Part shown: one piece after another, positions 9,845 to 21,402 of the stretch
Layout: each line of letters begins with the position of its first letter
Position numbering within the stretch: position 1 is the stretch's first letter
Source: Vicugna vicugna
Lineage: Eukaryota
NCBI GenBank assembly: GCA_013265495.1
Contig: MU058059.1
Location: forward strand, 4,069,502-4,133,501
DNA: 64,000 bases
Direction of reading: 5' to 3'
Made by a program: the position numbers and the translations under genes
The notes under the pieces: generated by a model
The model's input: only the letters and a program-made list of their open reading frames with translations
Told to the model about the DNA's origin: nothing
Databases searched by the model: none

Positions 9845-11779
9845 CTGCGCGTAGACACGGAAGCACAGGGTGGCAGCGGGGGACAGGAGGGAGAGAGAAA
9901 GAGGAGACGGTTAGCCAGAGAGCACGGGCTGGCTGCGTCCTGCCAGCTCGGCAGCACGGCGTCATCAACACATCCCTGCCCCCGAGAGTCCCCGGCAGCG
10001 AGGTTCAGCAGTGACACGACATCAGACAGAGTCAGGAAAGTGCTTGACAGTCCCACGCCTCTCTGTCGACACCCCCCTCCCCGGCTCACACGCCCTCAGA
10101 CACCCTCACGGCTTAAATGTTCAGAGGACGTGGGTCCCGTGAAACACAACCTCAACGATTCATTCCCACACCTCCCCCAGCAGCAAAAATAAAATAAAAT
10201 AAAATAAAATCCTCTTAAGTATCCAGATTCAACACTTTGTTTTCTTAGGTTTTTCTAAAACTGAGGTTAAAAAAAAGTCATTCTGCTTCTGCACGCATCA
10301 GAGTCATGCATGAAACCCAGTCTGGACGAAGTGCAGCGGTGGGCATTTAAATAAGCCACAGACAGCTGGGGCCTTGTTACTAAGGCCGTGTCACGTAAGA
10401 ATCCCACAGATACTCTCTCAGTTTGTAAGTGAATCGGTGTAGCCTGAAGCGTCGCCGCAGCGCTTCTTTCACTCTGAAGGGCTGAACGCAGTAAACTGCT
10501 TCGGACGCAGCTGCCACGCCCCCCCACGCACAGAGCAGGGAGCGCGCGGCCGGCTAGTCACAGGGACCGCGGCACCGGGGTCTGCGTGAGGCATGAAGCG
10601 CATCGGTTCCTCCCGACTTGGGAGCCTCTTTTGGGGAAGCAGCTATGAAGGAGGCGAGAACAGAGAAGGCAGAGAGGACAGTCGATCCCAACTCTGAAAA
10701 TCTCCCTCTCTCTGCACCATTTTGACTTGAATGCCGTCATTTACTGGGGTTCTTGGGAATAAAAACACCATCAGGTGGAAGCTACTAGCAAGAAAAGGAC
10801 TAACTACAAGAGGAAGATTCCCTGAAAAGACGGGGCATGGGTCAGACGTTCCAGGTTGAAGCTTTGTGGACTTTTATGTTAGAACCTTGCAGGAAATCCC
10901 ACAACACGGGCCTTGAGCGAGTCCCTCCAGCTCCCTGAGCTACTAGCAAACTGACTTCCACAGAACCGGAAATGAAGCCCCGCGGTCCTAGGCCGTCCGG
11001 AAGGCCGACGCCCACTCTTGCCTGGTCCTTTATGTCTTCCTGGGGAGGTCACCGTCAAGGGGTGCTCAGACCGCGGCACCCTCCGCCGTCCCTCCGTCTC
11101 CGGCCCAGCCCGGGGGACACGGGCTGGAGCAGTGTGGGAGACGGGGTCCGGGCCTTAACGTGAGCAGTCCTCCTCCTCCAGAACCCTCCTCCCCCAGTAG
11201 CGTCCTGTGTCCTCACAGGGAGCTCTGCTGGGCAAGCTCGTCCTCCCACAGTCCCCTCCCGACCCGGGCAAAGCGCTGACAGCTCGCTCTCTCGGGAACG
11301 GTGCGTGATGAAATGCTACTTCATCTTCTTTGGATGCACACTTTTTTCCCCTTGGGAAATGAGTCTGGGGAGTCCACGTAAGCTAAGGGCGCTGGCATAG
11401 GACACTCCCTTATTCGCTTCACAAGGGTTTTCCCAGGAGCCGACTCGCTGGCTGTCGTGTGAAGCAGAGAGGAAAGCCAGCATTAGCGCTCGCTAGACGG
11501 GCACTCGTGCATCCCCACGGTGGGCCGACGGAGGGCCGAGTGATCCCCACTGTGGCTTCAACACGCAGGCCAGGGAGAGCGATGGCCCGTCTGCCACCTG
11601 TAAACCATGTGTATTTAGTGACGAGAAGGCAATCACAGGGGCTGGTGAAAGAAAACGCTGCCTTCACGTTCTTCCCTTACGTGTTATTCCAGTTACTAGC
11701 AGACGGAGGAGTGTCTGCCTTCAGCCGAGGCCCTTCCCTTCCAAAATGCAAGGAGATTCTGCAGTGAGCTCTCACTCAC

Positions 11780-11797
11780 AGGGCTGGTGACTGGCTG
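11780..11797 (-). CDS. Candidate PIEZO2 microexon (18 nt, or 15 nt via TAGCAG): (S)SQSPA(L)
   Basis: ttttctgccgccctag|CAGCCAGTCACCAGCCCT|gtgagt. Symmetric phase 2, no stop. Predicted from sequence only. Confidence 0.5.
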
Positions 11798-12128
11798 CTA
11801 GGGCGGCAGAAAACTCATCCTCTGAGTGAGCCGGATTCTATAACTGTTCTCAAATCAATCACCAGCCTGGACGCAAAACGCACATCACCACCCCTGAAGA
11901 ATCTGAGTCTGCACGGCTGCTCGGAAACCAGCTCGCACGGCAGTCAAGGCCGCCGCGCTAACCACCAGAAACCACTGCCACTTGCCTCAGAACGTGCCAT
12001 CGAGTGTCCCACACCTTCCCCCATTTTCCCCCCACGCATGCTCATGGCAAGTTCAGGGCTGAGGCGCTAAGTTAGATTACTCGTTACCTGCCAGGCAGTG
12101 AGAGGCAGGTGCCCCTGCGCGGGCTCAC

Positions 12129-12302
12129 CTGTAGACGGCGCTGTCTTCCTTGCTGGGGATGGACTTCAGGTCCGTGAGCTCCAGGAAGCGGTCGTGGAAG
12201 TAGTGCAGGTGCAAGATGCAGACCAGCAGGAAGGAGGTGGGGATGAAGATGCGGGTGAAGAGTTCCGCTACCGTGAACTGCTTCAGGCCGAGGTCCTCCA
12301 GC
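12129..12302 (-). CDS. PIEZO2: PIEZO2 exon ~17 (174 nt): LEDLGLKQFTVAELFTRIFIPTSFLLVCILHLHYFHDRFLELTDLKSIPSKEDSAVY(R/S)
   Basis: Acceptor ttgctcgcag|G CTG, donor ACAG|gtgagc. Phase 2 to 2. Confidence 0.96.
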
Positions 12303-13184
12303 CTGCGAGCAAAGCAAGACAAAGAGCAAGAAGCTTTCTTAGTGGATGAAGACACCCCCCTCACTGTGGCTGTCATCCCCCGGCCACCCTCAGCCCAGGG
12401 TGGCTTTGTCCCCTCCAGCGCAGCTAACCCACCCTGGACAGGGCAGCGTCGGTGGCTGCTTCTCCGTCCTTGCGGACTCCCGCCTGCCGTCCTCTGGGAC
12501 CACCCCACGCTGCCCTGCTTGCCCCTTCCCCCTCCAGCTCCTCCTTCTCGGCCGGACCCTGGGTGCTGACGGGCCCGGGCTCAGCGGGGAGTCTCTCCTC
12601 TAGCTGATTCCCCCGCCTCGTCACCTCACCCCACCCGGGGATGCTTGCTCCACCTTCACACCCACGACGCAAACGTGCAGTTACGGCTTGGGTTTCTCCT
12701 GGGGACTCCGCTACACAAACGCCTGCTGGAAACTGGCTGTCCCTCAGGGTCTCACACTGAGTGTCTTCAGGAGAGTCTTCTCCATTTCCCTGGTTTCCTA
12801 AGACAGCTGCGCTGCCCCCACGCTGGCTGCCCTGGTACAGCCGTCTACCTCGTGTGAGATGCCGAGGTCAGGACGTCTCCCTGGGTGCTTCGCTTGCCTT
12901 TGTGGCTCCACCACTCATGTTTCCTGTAACCTCATCTCTGAATCTGCCCCCTCTGGCTTCTGTCTCGGCCCTCCTGTTCTAGGTGAAGCACCGCCTTCTC
13001 TCACAGGACCCCTGCTGACCAGTCTTGTGTCGACTCCTGCCTCCCCACTCGTCACTGTTCCCTCAGCCAGGCAAGAGTTCTTCAAAGACTTTTCAAAATG
13101 CCACTGCCTATAAGCCATGCACTTCTGGGTGCCTGGCGGGCCCCTCCCACCTCTTCCCTCTCTACGCTTCCCTTGCCAGGCTCT

Positions 13185-13590
13185 GGCCTGCCCCAGGGCC
13201 TTTGCATTTGCTATTTCCTTTTTCTGGAATGTTCTTTCATTTCCAGCTCCCAAATTCCGCACTTTTCTAAAGACAAGCTCCTCCTTATTCAGGTGGAGTT
13301 TAAATGATGCCCCACCTCCTCTGGGAAGCCTGCCCTGACCACTCCATCTACACAGGTCATGTCCTCTCACTGTTCACGACCTGGCCTGTTTCTGTTTCCT
13401 TCACAGACGCATCACAGTGATTTCTTTGTACATGAATTGGGTTTTTTTTTTTCGGTTGGTCTTTTGGTCTTCTCTCCTAGAATATAAACTCCATGGGGCT
13501 TAGACTGTCTGTCTTGCTTCTGATTGCATCCTTGGGTGAAGAACAGCGTCCGGCCCACGGGGGGCATTCAAGACTCATTTGCTGAATTGA
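13185..13590 (+). mobile_element. LINE-2 3' end remnant
   Basis: cagggcctttgcatttgct, ctagaatataaactccatg, ending catttgctgaattga (typical L2 tail). Confidence 0.7.
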
Positions 13591-14240
13591 TGTGAAAGAC
13601 GTGTGAGTCTCCTTACAAGGGGGACCGGGGGACCTTCCTTTTAAGCTTTCCTCTCAACCACCTCTGGGCATTCGGCTCTGTGCCCAGCTCTGGCTGGATT
13701 CCTAAACAAATCTCACAAACTGACAGAAGCAAATCAGAAAAAGCTGGAGTCCCATCTGCTTCATGCACAGGACAAGCTTCACCACCACCAGTCCACTGGC
13801 ACTTTTCTCCGGCACCGACTACTCCTCAGAATCTCAGCGCCGGCCGCGCCCGTGAGGAGAGGCCCCTGCTCTCCATTACGAGCCTGTGGACGAAGAACTG
13901 GGCGCCGGCGAGGAGCACACAAGGCAGGGCTGCAGGGACCCGGCCCCTAACACTCGTGGGACACACATGGAACTGACACTAGACAAGGCCACTTCCTTAA
14001 CAGGAGGCTGAAGGCTCCCTTTTCAGCCGAGTCTTACTGAGCACCTGCTGTGCGCCAAGAGCTCAGGGTCAGGTAGGAGACCCCAGACGGCCAGGACGTG
14101 AGTCCTGCCCTGGAGAGGCTGGCAGACCGAGGCAACACCGTGCTCCACTAAAACCTCCCGTAAAGACGTTGTGAACAACACGCATCCATGGTTCCCCCTG
14201 TTCGTCACTTTCCGCCCCGCGGAACACCACAACTGCTTAC

Positions 14241-14389
14241 TTTTCTTTTTTCAATCCAGTCATGTTTTGCCACAGGCCTGGGAAGTTTTCAAACTGATAC
14301 GTGTATATAAAAATAAGCACCAGCATCGTGTAGATAACCACGGACATCCAAAAATATTTCAGGATTCGCCTCCACCACTCATAGTGCAC
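14241..14389 (-). CDS. PIEZO2: PIEZO2 exon ~16 (149 nt): VHYEWWRRILKYFWMSVVIYTMLVLIFIYTYQFENFPGLWQNMTGLKKEK
   Basis: Acceptor atccacag|GTG, donor AA|gtaagc. Phase 0 to 2. Confidence 0.95.
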
Positions 14390-15150
14390 CTGTGGATCAG
14401 ATGTTGAAAAACAAGTTAGAAAAAAAATTGCTTATTGAAGACTCACAAAAATATCCAGCTTCCTCAAGGAAGATGGGGGATTCTACCTACAAATGTTTGA
14501 AAACAAGGTCAAGTTCACTTCTGGTTTTGGAGGTTCTGTTCCTCGTGGATGTGGGTGGACGCGGACTGGAACCGGTTTCTCCCAGCAGCTGTTAACTGTG
14601 TCTTTGGGCAAAGCTGCTGGACCACCCCGAGCTGGTGCCTTCCTTGAGGGTACTTACTTTACAGCCATTCGGAGGGTGAAGTAACCGTATATGTAAGGCC
14701 CCGGTGATCCCTGGCCTACGGGGCTTTCAGGATGTACGGTGGCAGCTGCTGCCACATGGGTCTTGCCGGGGGAACAGCCTCCTTTTTGAAATTCATGCCG
14801 TGTGACTACAAAGGTGAAACCGAGGACACGGGAGACATCCCTCTTGACCACAAGCCCGTGGATTTTCACGAGAGACCATCTACCCGGAATTTCAGAAAGT
14901 ATTTCGGAACTTTATTGACTTCAGCTGTGACACTTTCACCTCCACGTGTAACACTCTCTTTCTCATAGTTGGTCTATCTGTTCCTTTGGTTGTCTGCAAG
15001 GACACTTCACTGTCACATCTGTTTTTATCACCAGGTTCCCTTCCATCTCAGTTAAAATGGAAGCTGTGCAGCGGCTAACTTGTTTTAATTTAACGTTTTA
15101 TAAATTCTAGTTCATGCAAACTGCAGCACTTGTCGCATTATACACATGTT

Positions 15151-15160
15151 CGCGCGCGCG

Positions 15161-15206
<46 letters not shown>
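15151..15206. repeat. Compound microsatellite (CG)9(CA)19
   Basis: Read directly from the sequence. Confidence 0.95.
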
Positions 15207-15207
<1 letters not shown>

Positions 15208-15485
15208 TGGCTTTCTGATTCCAAAGTCCAAAATACAAATGGACTGAGCACCATGCAGTGTTTTCGATCATTCAGCTACTGTTCTTAAATTATTATTCAA
15301 AAATACAATCCAGCTATATAGGCTTCTTTTGTTAATTTTTGAAAGACAACTTTTTTTTTTTCTGACTTTTTAAGAACCTGGCATTTTAAAAGAGTGAACG
15401 GGTGGAACACAGCCATGTCTCATTTTAGGACCCCTGGTGGGTGATGCTCGGTCTCATCAACTATGTCAGGTGACACGTTCACGAA

Positions 15486-15606
15486 GGGGGAGGGCGCCGC
15501 TCGGGGGCAGAGCCCTGCTTAGTGCGCACACGTCCTGGGTTCAACCCCCAGTCCCTCCATTAAAAACATTAATTAATTAATAAACCTAAGCACCACACCT
15601 GCCCCC
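15486..15606 (+). mobile_element. tRNA-derived SINE (camelid-type)
   Basis: ggggagggcg...cttagtgcgcac..gtcctgggttcaacccccagt, then an AT-rich taaacctaa tail. Confidence 0.75.
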
Positions 15607-15733
15607 AGGAAGGAAAACAGATCACAGATGACACGTTCACGAGATTCTGGTAACAGGACCCCATCAGAGGAAGCTCAGGCACACTGCTGGACAGATGTGA
15701 GGACCGAAAGACAGAGGGCCACCGCCCACCCAC

Positions 15734-16017
15734 CTGATACAGGGCCACACAGAACAGGAACAGCACCATGTAGATGATTTTGTACATCACGATTTTGCCC
15801 TCGAAGCTGACAAAGAAGAACATCCCGCCACAGACGTAGATCCAGTACTTGATGAACACGGCCACCACCAGGTTCCCCAGCACGTTCATGACGTCCTGGC
15901 CGCCTTCCTCCTCCTCCTCTTCCTCCTCCTGCCTTCTCTCCTGCTTCTCCTCCTTCGTTTCCTCTTCCTCCACCTTCTGCTGGGCCTCCCCTTCCACCTG
16001 GACGTCGTGTTCCTCAT
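15734..16017 (-). CDS. PIEZO2: PIEZO2 exon ~15 (284 nt): DEEHDVQVEGEAQQKVEEEETKEEKQERRQEEEEEEEEGGQDVMNVLGNLVVAVFIKYWIYVCGGMFFFVSFEGKIVMYKIIYMVLFLFCVALYQ
   Basis: Acceptor ctgttttaag|AT GAG (AAG type), donor CAG|gtgggt. Phase 1 to 0. Confidence 0.94.
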
Positions 16018-17403
16018 CTTAAAACAGAAGATGGTGCCGTGAAACCGAGCCAGTCCCCCGAACCGAACCTCCCGCTGACCGGGTGTGACGTGGGTGTGAC
16101 ACTGAGCGTGTGTCGGACGCGTCACTGCGCGATCTGGGTCATTCAGAGTGTTCTCCCGCCCCAGGCAGAATTCACCTAACTCAGCATAGTCAGTTTCCCT
16201 AGCTGTCCTGAATCAGAGTTTCAAAGAAAGACACCTGGTAATATTGCTACACTAATCTTCCTGTAACACCCACTTCACCTCCGATACGCGATGACAGCCG
16301 CAATGACTGCAGGACCGCGGGACGTAGAAAGATACACAGCAACAAACAACACAAATGAAAACTACGACATCAGCTTCAAATTCTGACAGTCACACGGCTC
16401 TGGACGCTCCTGGCCATGTTTTGCTGAATCTGGGTTGATGGTGACGATCTTGACCGAAAAGCCTGCTTTGAAAGAACTAAACGGGTAAGAGTTAAAGCCA
16501 AATACGGCTTGATTTAAATTAGGTTTGAAGAGTCACTGTAATTTAACTGAGGCTCAAACAGTTTTGTGCATTGCAATTAAAAGCGTATTTGGTCTTCCTT
16601 CAAAATATGCTAACACGGAGGACTCGTCTTCGTGTTCCCAAGGTGACCTCCAATTTGAATAATTTATTGACGTGACCAGGAGTTCCCAGAGTGAGGGGAA
16701 CGCAAGGGAGGTGAGGGGTCAGAGCAGCTCTTGGTCTTACATGGCCTATTCTTCACATAAAGTACCTGGTGAACTGAATCCCTCTGGTCCTAGAGACGTC
16801 CAAACTCAAACAGTCAAGATGTAAACCTTGCAGATTTTAGTGGCTAAAAAACAACTCCACATGTGGGCCTCAAAGAGAAACTATGAGGAAAAGATGAGCT
16901 GGTCTGTGCTGGCTTTCTCATCCTTACTGGGTTCCTCGTAAAGGCACCAGCCCGGCTTCTGCATTTACAGCCTCCTCTTCTGAGAGAAGTCTGCCTACCC
17001 CACTAATGGCCTCCAAGCCGTTTCACAAACGTAACACTGTATTCATCGGTGTATCGGGGCAGGGATGAGCACTACCCACGCAGCAGGTCTCAAACTCCAG
17101 AGGTGATCACCAAGACATCACCTTCTTTTCCGACTTTGCGGTTGAGTTGTTTTGGAAGAGGAGGAGATGTGGGTCCGTTTCTTGGTCCTAACCCTCACTG
17201 CAGCCTGACCCTGGAGAACCCAGTGAACATCTCTGAGCTTCCCTAAGTGGGAAGCTCCTGCAGACGCCCTGTGTGCGGGAACTCAGCACCAGGAACCTCG
17301 TCTATCTGCTCACGTAGTGCCTGGCTTCCCTGGGGCAGAGCACAGAGGTGCCGCCATGTCCCAGGGGCCCTTACCTCAGTCACACACCGCACATGCCAGT
17401 TAC

Positions 17404-17527
17404 CTTTTTCTTCACTTTCCTGGCTTCCGACTTTGACTTCAGACAAAAGAGCTTCCTTTTCTCGGAGAGCTTTCTGCTCTGTGAGATGCTGCCTGAGCAG
17501 GAGCCAGAAGGTGATGGTGAAAAGTAT
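17404..17527 (-). CDS. PIEZO2: PIEZO2 exon ~14 (124 nt): ILFTITFWLLLRQHLTEQKALREKEALLSEVKVGSQESEEK
   Basis: Acceptor ctttcag|ATA, donor AAAG|gtaact. Phase 0 to 1. Confidence 0.95.
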
Positions 17528-17829
17528 CTGAAAGCGGAGAATTAGCAAGACATGCATTCACCCATCCGCAGTGTGAGGGTACTTCCTCAGTCACGACGCC
17601 TTCTCCACCTTTCAGTGGGAGCACAGCCAACCTTTCTCTCTGAGTTCGAGTCAGCCACCCCCGTGACTACAGCTCAAAGTCCCCAGCTTTTAAATCTCCT
17701 TCCCGAGGACGCCACATGCCCTCCGGTGCCAGGGGTTCCTTCAGCACCTGCGCGGCCCCGGGGAAAAAAACTTAATGACTTCAGGGAGCTTTGTTCTTCA
17801 GGGAATATAGGATCTGGCACACAGCAGCT

Positions 17830-18530
17830 TTTTTTTCCCCCTAGATTTATTAAGGTAGAATTCACATACCATACTACTCACCCATTTGCAGGGTACACGT
17901 CAGTGGTTTTTTGCATATTCACCACATAGTTGTGCAACCATCACTGCAATCAATTTTAGGATATTTTCATCCTCCCAAAAAGAAGGCCCATAGCAGTCAC
18001 CCTCTTTCCTCACCACCCCAGCCCCAGCCCCACACAACCACTAACGCACTTCTTGTTTCTACAGATTGCCTAGTCTGGACACTTAGTAGAAATAGAATTA
18101 TGTAATATGCATTCTTTCATTCGGGGTTTATGTCACTTGGTATAATGTTCCCAAGGTTTACCCGTGTCATAGCATGACTGCTGCTCCATTCCTTCTTATT
18201 GCCAAGTAAGATTCCATTGCATGCAGAGAATACTTATCTACTCACCAGCTGATGCGCGTTCGGGACTTTTTTGGCTGTTACAAGCACAATTTTTTTGTCT
18301 GGACTTGTTTTCTGTGCTCGTTGGTACGCACACCTAGCAGTGGAACTGCTGAGTCTTACGGTAACTTTAGGTTAACGTTCTGAGCAACTGACGAGCTGTT
18401 TTCCACCACTTTTATTTCCCCACCAGCACGTGCGCCCCTCCAGTTTCTTGATTTCCTCACTGACATTTCTGACTGTCTGTCTTTTTGATTCAGGCCATCC
18501 TAGCGAGTGTGAAGCGGTATCTCACTGTGG
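17830..18530 (-). mobile_element. Old L1 (L1MB/MC-like) 3' remnant
   Basis: tttattaaggtagaattcacatacc...gttgtgcaacc...attccattgc...ccatcctagcgagtgtgaagcggtatctcactgtgg are typical antisense L1 3' motifs. Confidence 0.75.
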
Positions 18531-19256
18531 TCCACAGTATGATTTCAAAAAATATTTGCCAAAGAAATGGAAAAATAAACAGACTCACAGACGGGTCATT
18601 TTCATTTTGAGTAACTGCCCACTATACTACCCATAAATGTCCATTAGCTGTTTCCCTTCAATGTGAACCAGTGCCAGTAAGTCCTGGAAACACGCTCAGT
18701 CAAGAACCAAAGGGCTCAGACTTCCGGAAACCTGGGATTAAACTTCTGGAAGCCACGACAAATTGAACTGTAGCTGCAATTTGGGTGGAAAATGCTGCTT
18801 CTAGCATGTTTATAGAGCTTAGGAGTAACTTGGGGTGGACAGGACATCTTTCCCAGGGACAGTGGGTTAAAAGCCAGGCTTTGAAGGCAGCAGCTGACTA
18901 CGACCTGATGGAACCAGAAAGGAGGTGCCCCGGGAGGCGGAAGGGTGCTGCCGGGCTGCTGAGTCTGGCCCTGCTGGACGTGTTCAGACCCCGAGGACCT
19001 GGGCCACACTCTTTCTTTCTCTCACTTTCTATTCCAGTGGCCCACCCAGCACTCTGCAAACAGCGGGTGTTTAATAATGTGCCCTGACAGACGTCACCGT
19101 GCTAGAGATTGTATCAGCTTCGAGTTTGCTGCTATCACAATGCAAAGCCTTGTACCTTTTTTTAGTTCCTGAGCACCTGAACATGTAAGTGCAGACTCCA
19201 ATTTCCCTACAATTTTTTTTTACATGTAGCAAATGTATTTCTCCTAAAATGTTTCC

Positions 19257-19330
19257 TCTAGGTTCAATCTCCAGTGCCTCCTCTAAAAATAAATAAGTAA
19301 ACCTAATTACTCCCCTCTTCAAAATCTAAA
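19257..19330 (+). mobile_element. 5'-truncated SINE of the same family
   Basis: ggttcaatctccagtgcctcc...aaataaataagtaaacctaattactcccc matches the 3' half of the other copies. Confidence 0.65.
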
Positions 19331-19500
19331 ATGTTTCCTCCCCAAAGAATTGTTAATTTTAGATTAGACAGAAGGTCCTTCAACTAGCTAGTTAGCATGC
19401 GTGTTTAAATGTCTCACTGATGTTCTGAGTCATGGATTTACACAGTCAAAAGTATGAGGTTTTCAATTTCTCGTGTAGAAACAGATGAACTTAGCAGTTT

Positions 19501-19524
19501 TGTGTGTGTGTGTGTGTGTGTGTG
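19501..19524. repeat. (TG)12 microsatellite
   Basis: Read directly from the sequence. Confidence 0.9.
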
Positions 19525-20689
19525 TTTAAGACGGAGAGGTGGAAGGAAGGCGTGTCAGAGCAGGTGACTCGTGAGCAAGAGTCTGATGCAGAACTTTCAG
19601 CACCGAGTATAGTTTGGGAGAGAAAGTGGGAGTGGGGGAGGCATGGGATTTTCATATGAATAAATGAATGAAGCGGCCAGGGTCCATGAACACAGAGGAT
19701 GAGGATCTAACCTCAGGCATTAGCATTCACCTGTCAGAAGCTCTCCCTGTGCCCCAAGAGCCTCCACCAGAACACCATTATAGGGATCAGCCCTTGGCCA
19801 GGTCTGTTCAGCGCCCCCGTCACACCCGACTGCCTGGGATACGGGGTGTCTGCCAACCTGTAGAAAAGGTGGTTGCTCCCAGGAAAGGTGGACCGCACGT
19901 GATGCAAATGATGCCTCTTTCAGAGACACTAATTTTCCCTCTGCCTGGAGGACGAAGGTTTTCAAGGCTCCTTTGGTACTGCCGGTATTCACGCCGACTG
20001 CTTCTACTGGCTTAACCCAAAGGCATCCACACCAGGAAAGGTGTGTTTAGGGTCTGCCACTGCTCACAAAACAGACAGCGGAGTTGGGGCACCCAGCCTT
20101 CTAAAGGAAACTGTTAACACGGACCCTGACAATAAACTAGTGAAAGAGGACCAGCTTTCTGGCTGCAGATGAAGGCGCCCTGTGTACCCAGCAGGCGAAA
20201 GAGAAAGCAAGCGTCATACTCAATTTTTGCTGCTAACAATGTTTTTTTCAGACACGATTGTAGGAAAAAAATGTTTTCCCTAATAACGCTTAACTGTAAC
20301 AGCGATGTGTTCAGCCTCTTGTTCAAACTGATATCCATCCCCCGAAGTCTTCTATCCCCTCACATTGTATTTTTCTATTTCCCTTTTAATTTCTACTATA
20401 CCATAATTTATGCTGAAAATAACGTAAACTATATTTTGTCCTTTGAGTGGAAAGCACCGTCATTTTAAAATAAAGCCTAGAAGCACGGTGTGACGCTCTC
20501 TGCATGTAAATCACAGACCTCTCTCAGCCACATAGAGCACTACTTACAGTTCATATCTATTCATCTTTGCAGAGCGGCGGATGTTTGGAACCTATTATTG
20601 TACATTTTTGCTCAGATGTGATTATTTTGATTTGATTATTTTGTGGTTTTCTCTGAATGCTTTGTTTTCTTGTCTTCCTATTCACTTAC

Positions 20690-20920
20690 CTTCGAGGCAA
20701 GTTCTCCTGGCTCTTTCTTTTCTAAAAATCCTGGGACCTTTTTAATTTCAGGAAGTTCAAAGCTCCATATGTACTGCAGGACCAGCAGCAGGTTTCCGTA
20801 GACGACCATGAACGGGGAGCTGATCATGGCATACTTCCTCCTGTTGCGAATCATCCACAGGGTGCAGGACCAGATGAGTAGCACGAAGGTCAGCCAGCTG
20901 TGGTAGGTGATGCTCCAGGC
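20690..20920 (-). CDS. PIEZO2: PIEZO2 exon ~13 (231 nt): AWSITYHSWLTFVLLIWSCTLWMIRNRRKYAMISSPFMVVYGNLLLVLQYIWSFELPEIKKVPGFLEKKEPGELASK
   Basis: Acceptor ccccccag|GCC, donor AAG|gtaagt. Phase 0 to 0. Confidence 0.96.
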
Positions 20921-21257
20921 CTGGGGGGGAAGCCGGGAAGGCGGCAGTGGTCATGCACAGACCCTGCCCGTGGGACCCAGAAGTCACCTCAAAGGAACAG
21001 GTCAGCGAGAGTCACACCAGGGAGGGAGAGTCACGGGGAGACACCCCAGCTGTGGCTGGGGCCGGGAGAGGAGGGGACACCGCTTCCGGGAGAGGACCGT
21101 GCTCTTCGCCTTCCTGCAGGGAAGATGGTCAGGCAAGGGGGTCTTCATTCCACAGCCTTGCTCCCCAGCCCCACGCGGCTTCCTACTGACCCTGCTGCGC
21201 ACGACTAAAGGTGACCAGGCTTTCTCCCTTATTCTTCCAAACTGGCGTGCGGTCAGC

Positions 21258-21402
21258 TTTTCTTTTTTTTAATTTTTAAAAATTTTTAGGGGGGAGGTAA
21301 TTAGGTTTATTTGTTTACTTATTTTCAACGGAGGTGCTGGGGACTGAACCCGCAACCTTGCGCATGCTAGGCACACACTCTACCACGGAGTTCTACCCTC
21401 CC
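21258..21402 (-). mobile_element. tRNA-derived SINE (camelid-type)
   Basis: Reverse complement reads ggagggtagaactccgtggtagag...ctagcatgcgc...ggttcagtccccagcacctcc...taaacctaattacctcccc plus an A-rich tail. Confidence 0.8.

Noticed and set aside
12088..12128. Downstream alternative donor for exon 17 (CAG|gtaacg)
   Set aside because: It would read straight into TGA, and nothing else supports its use.
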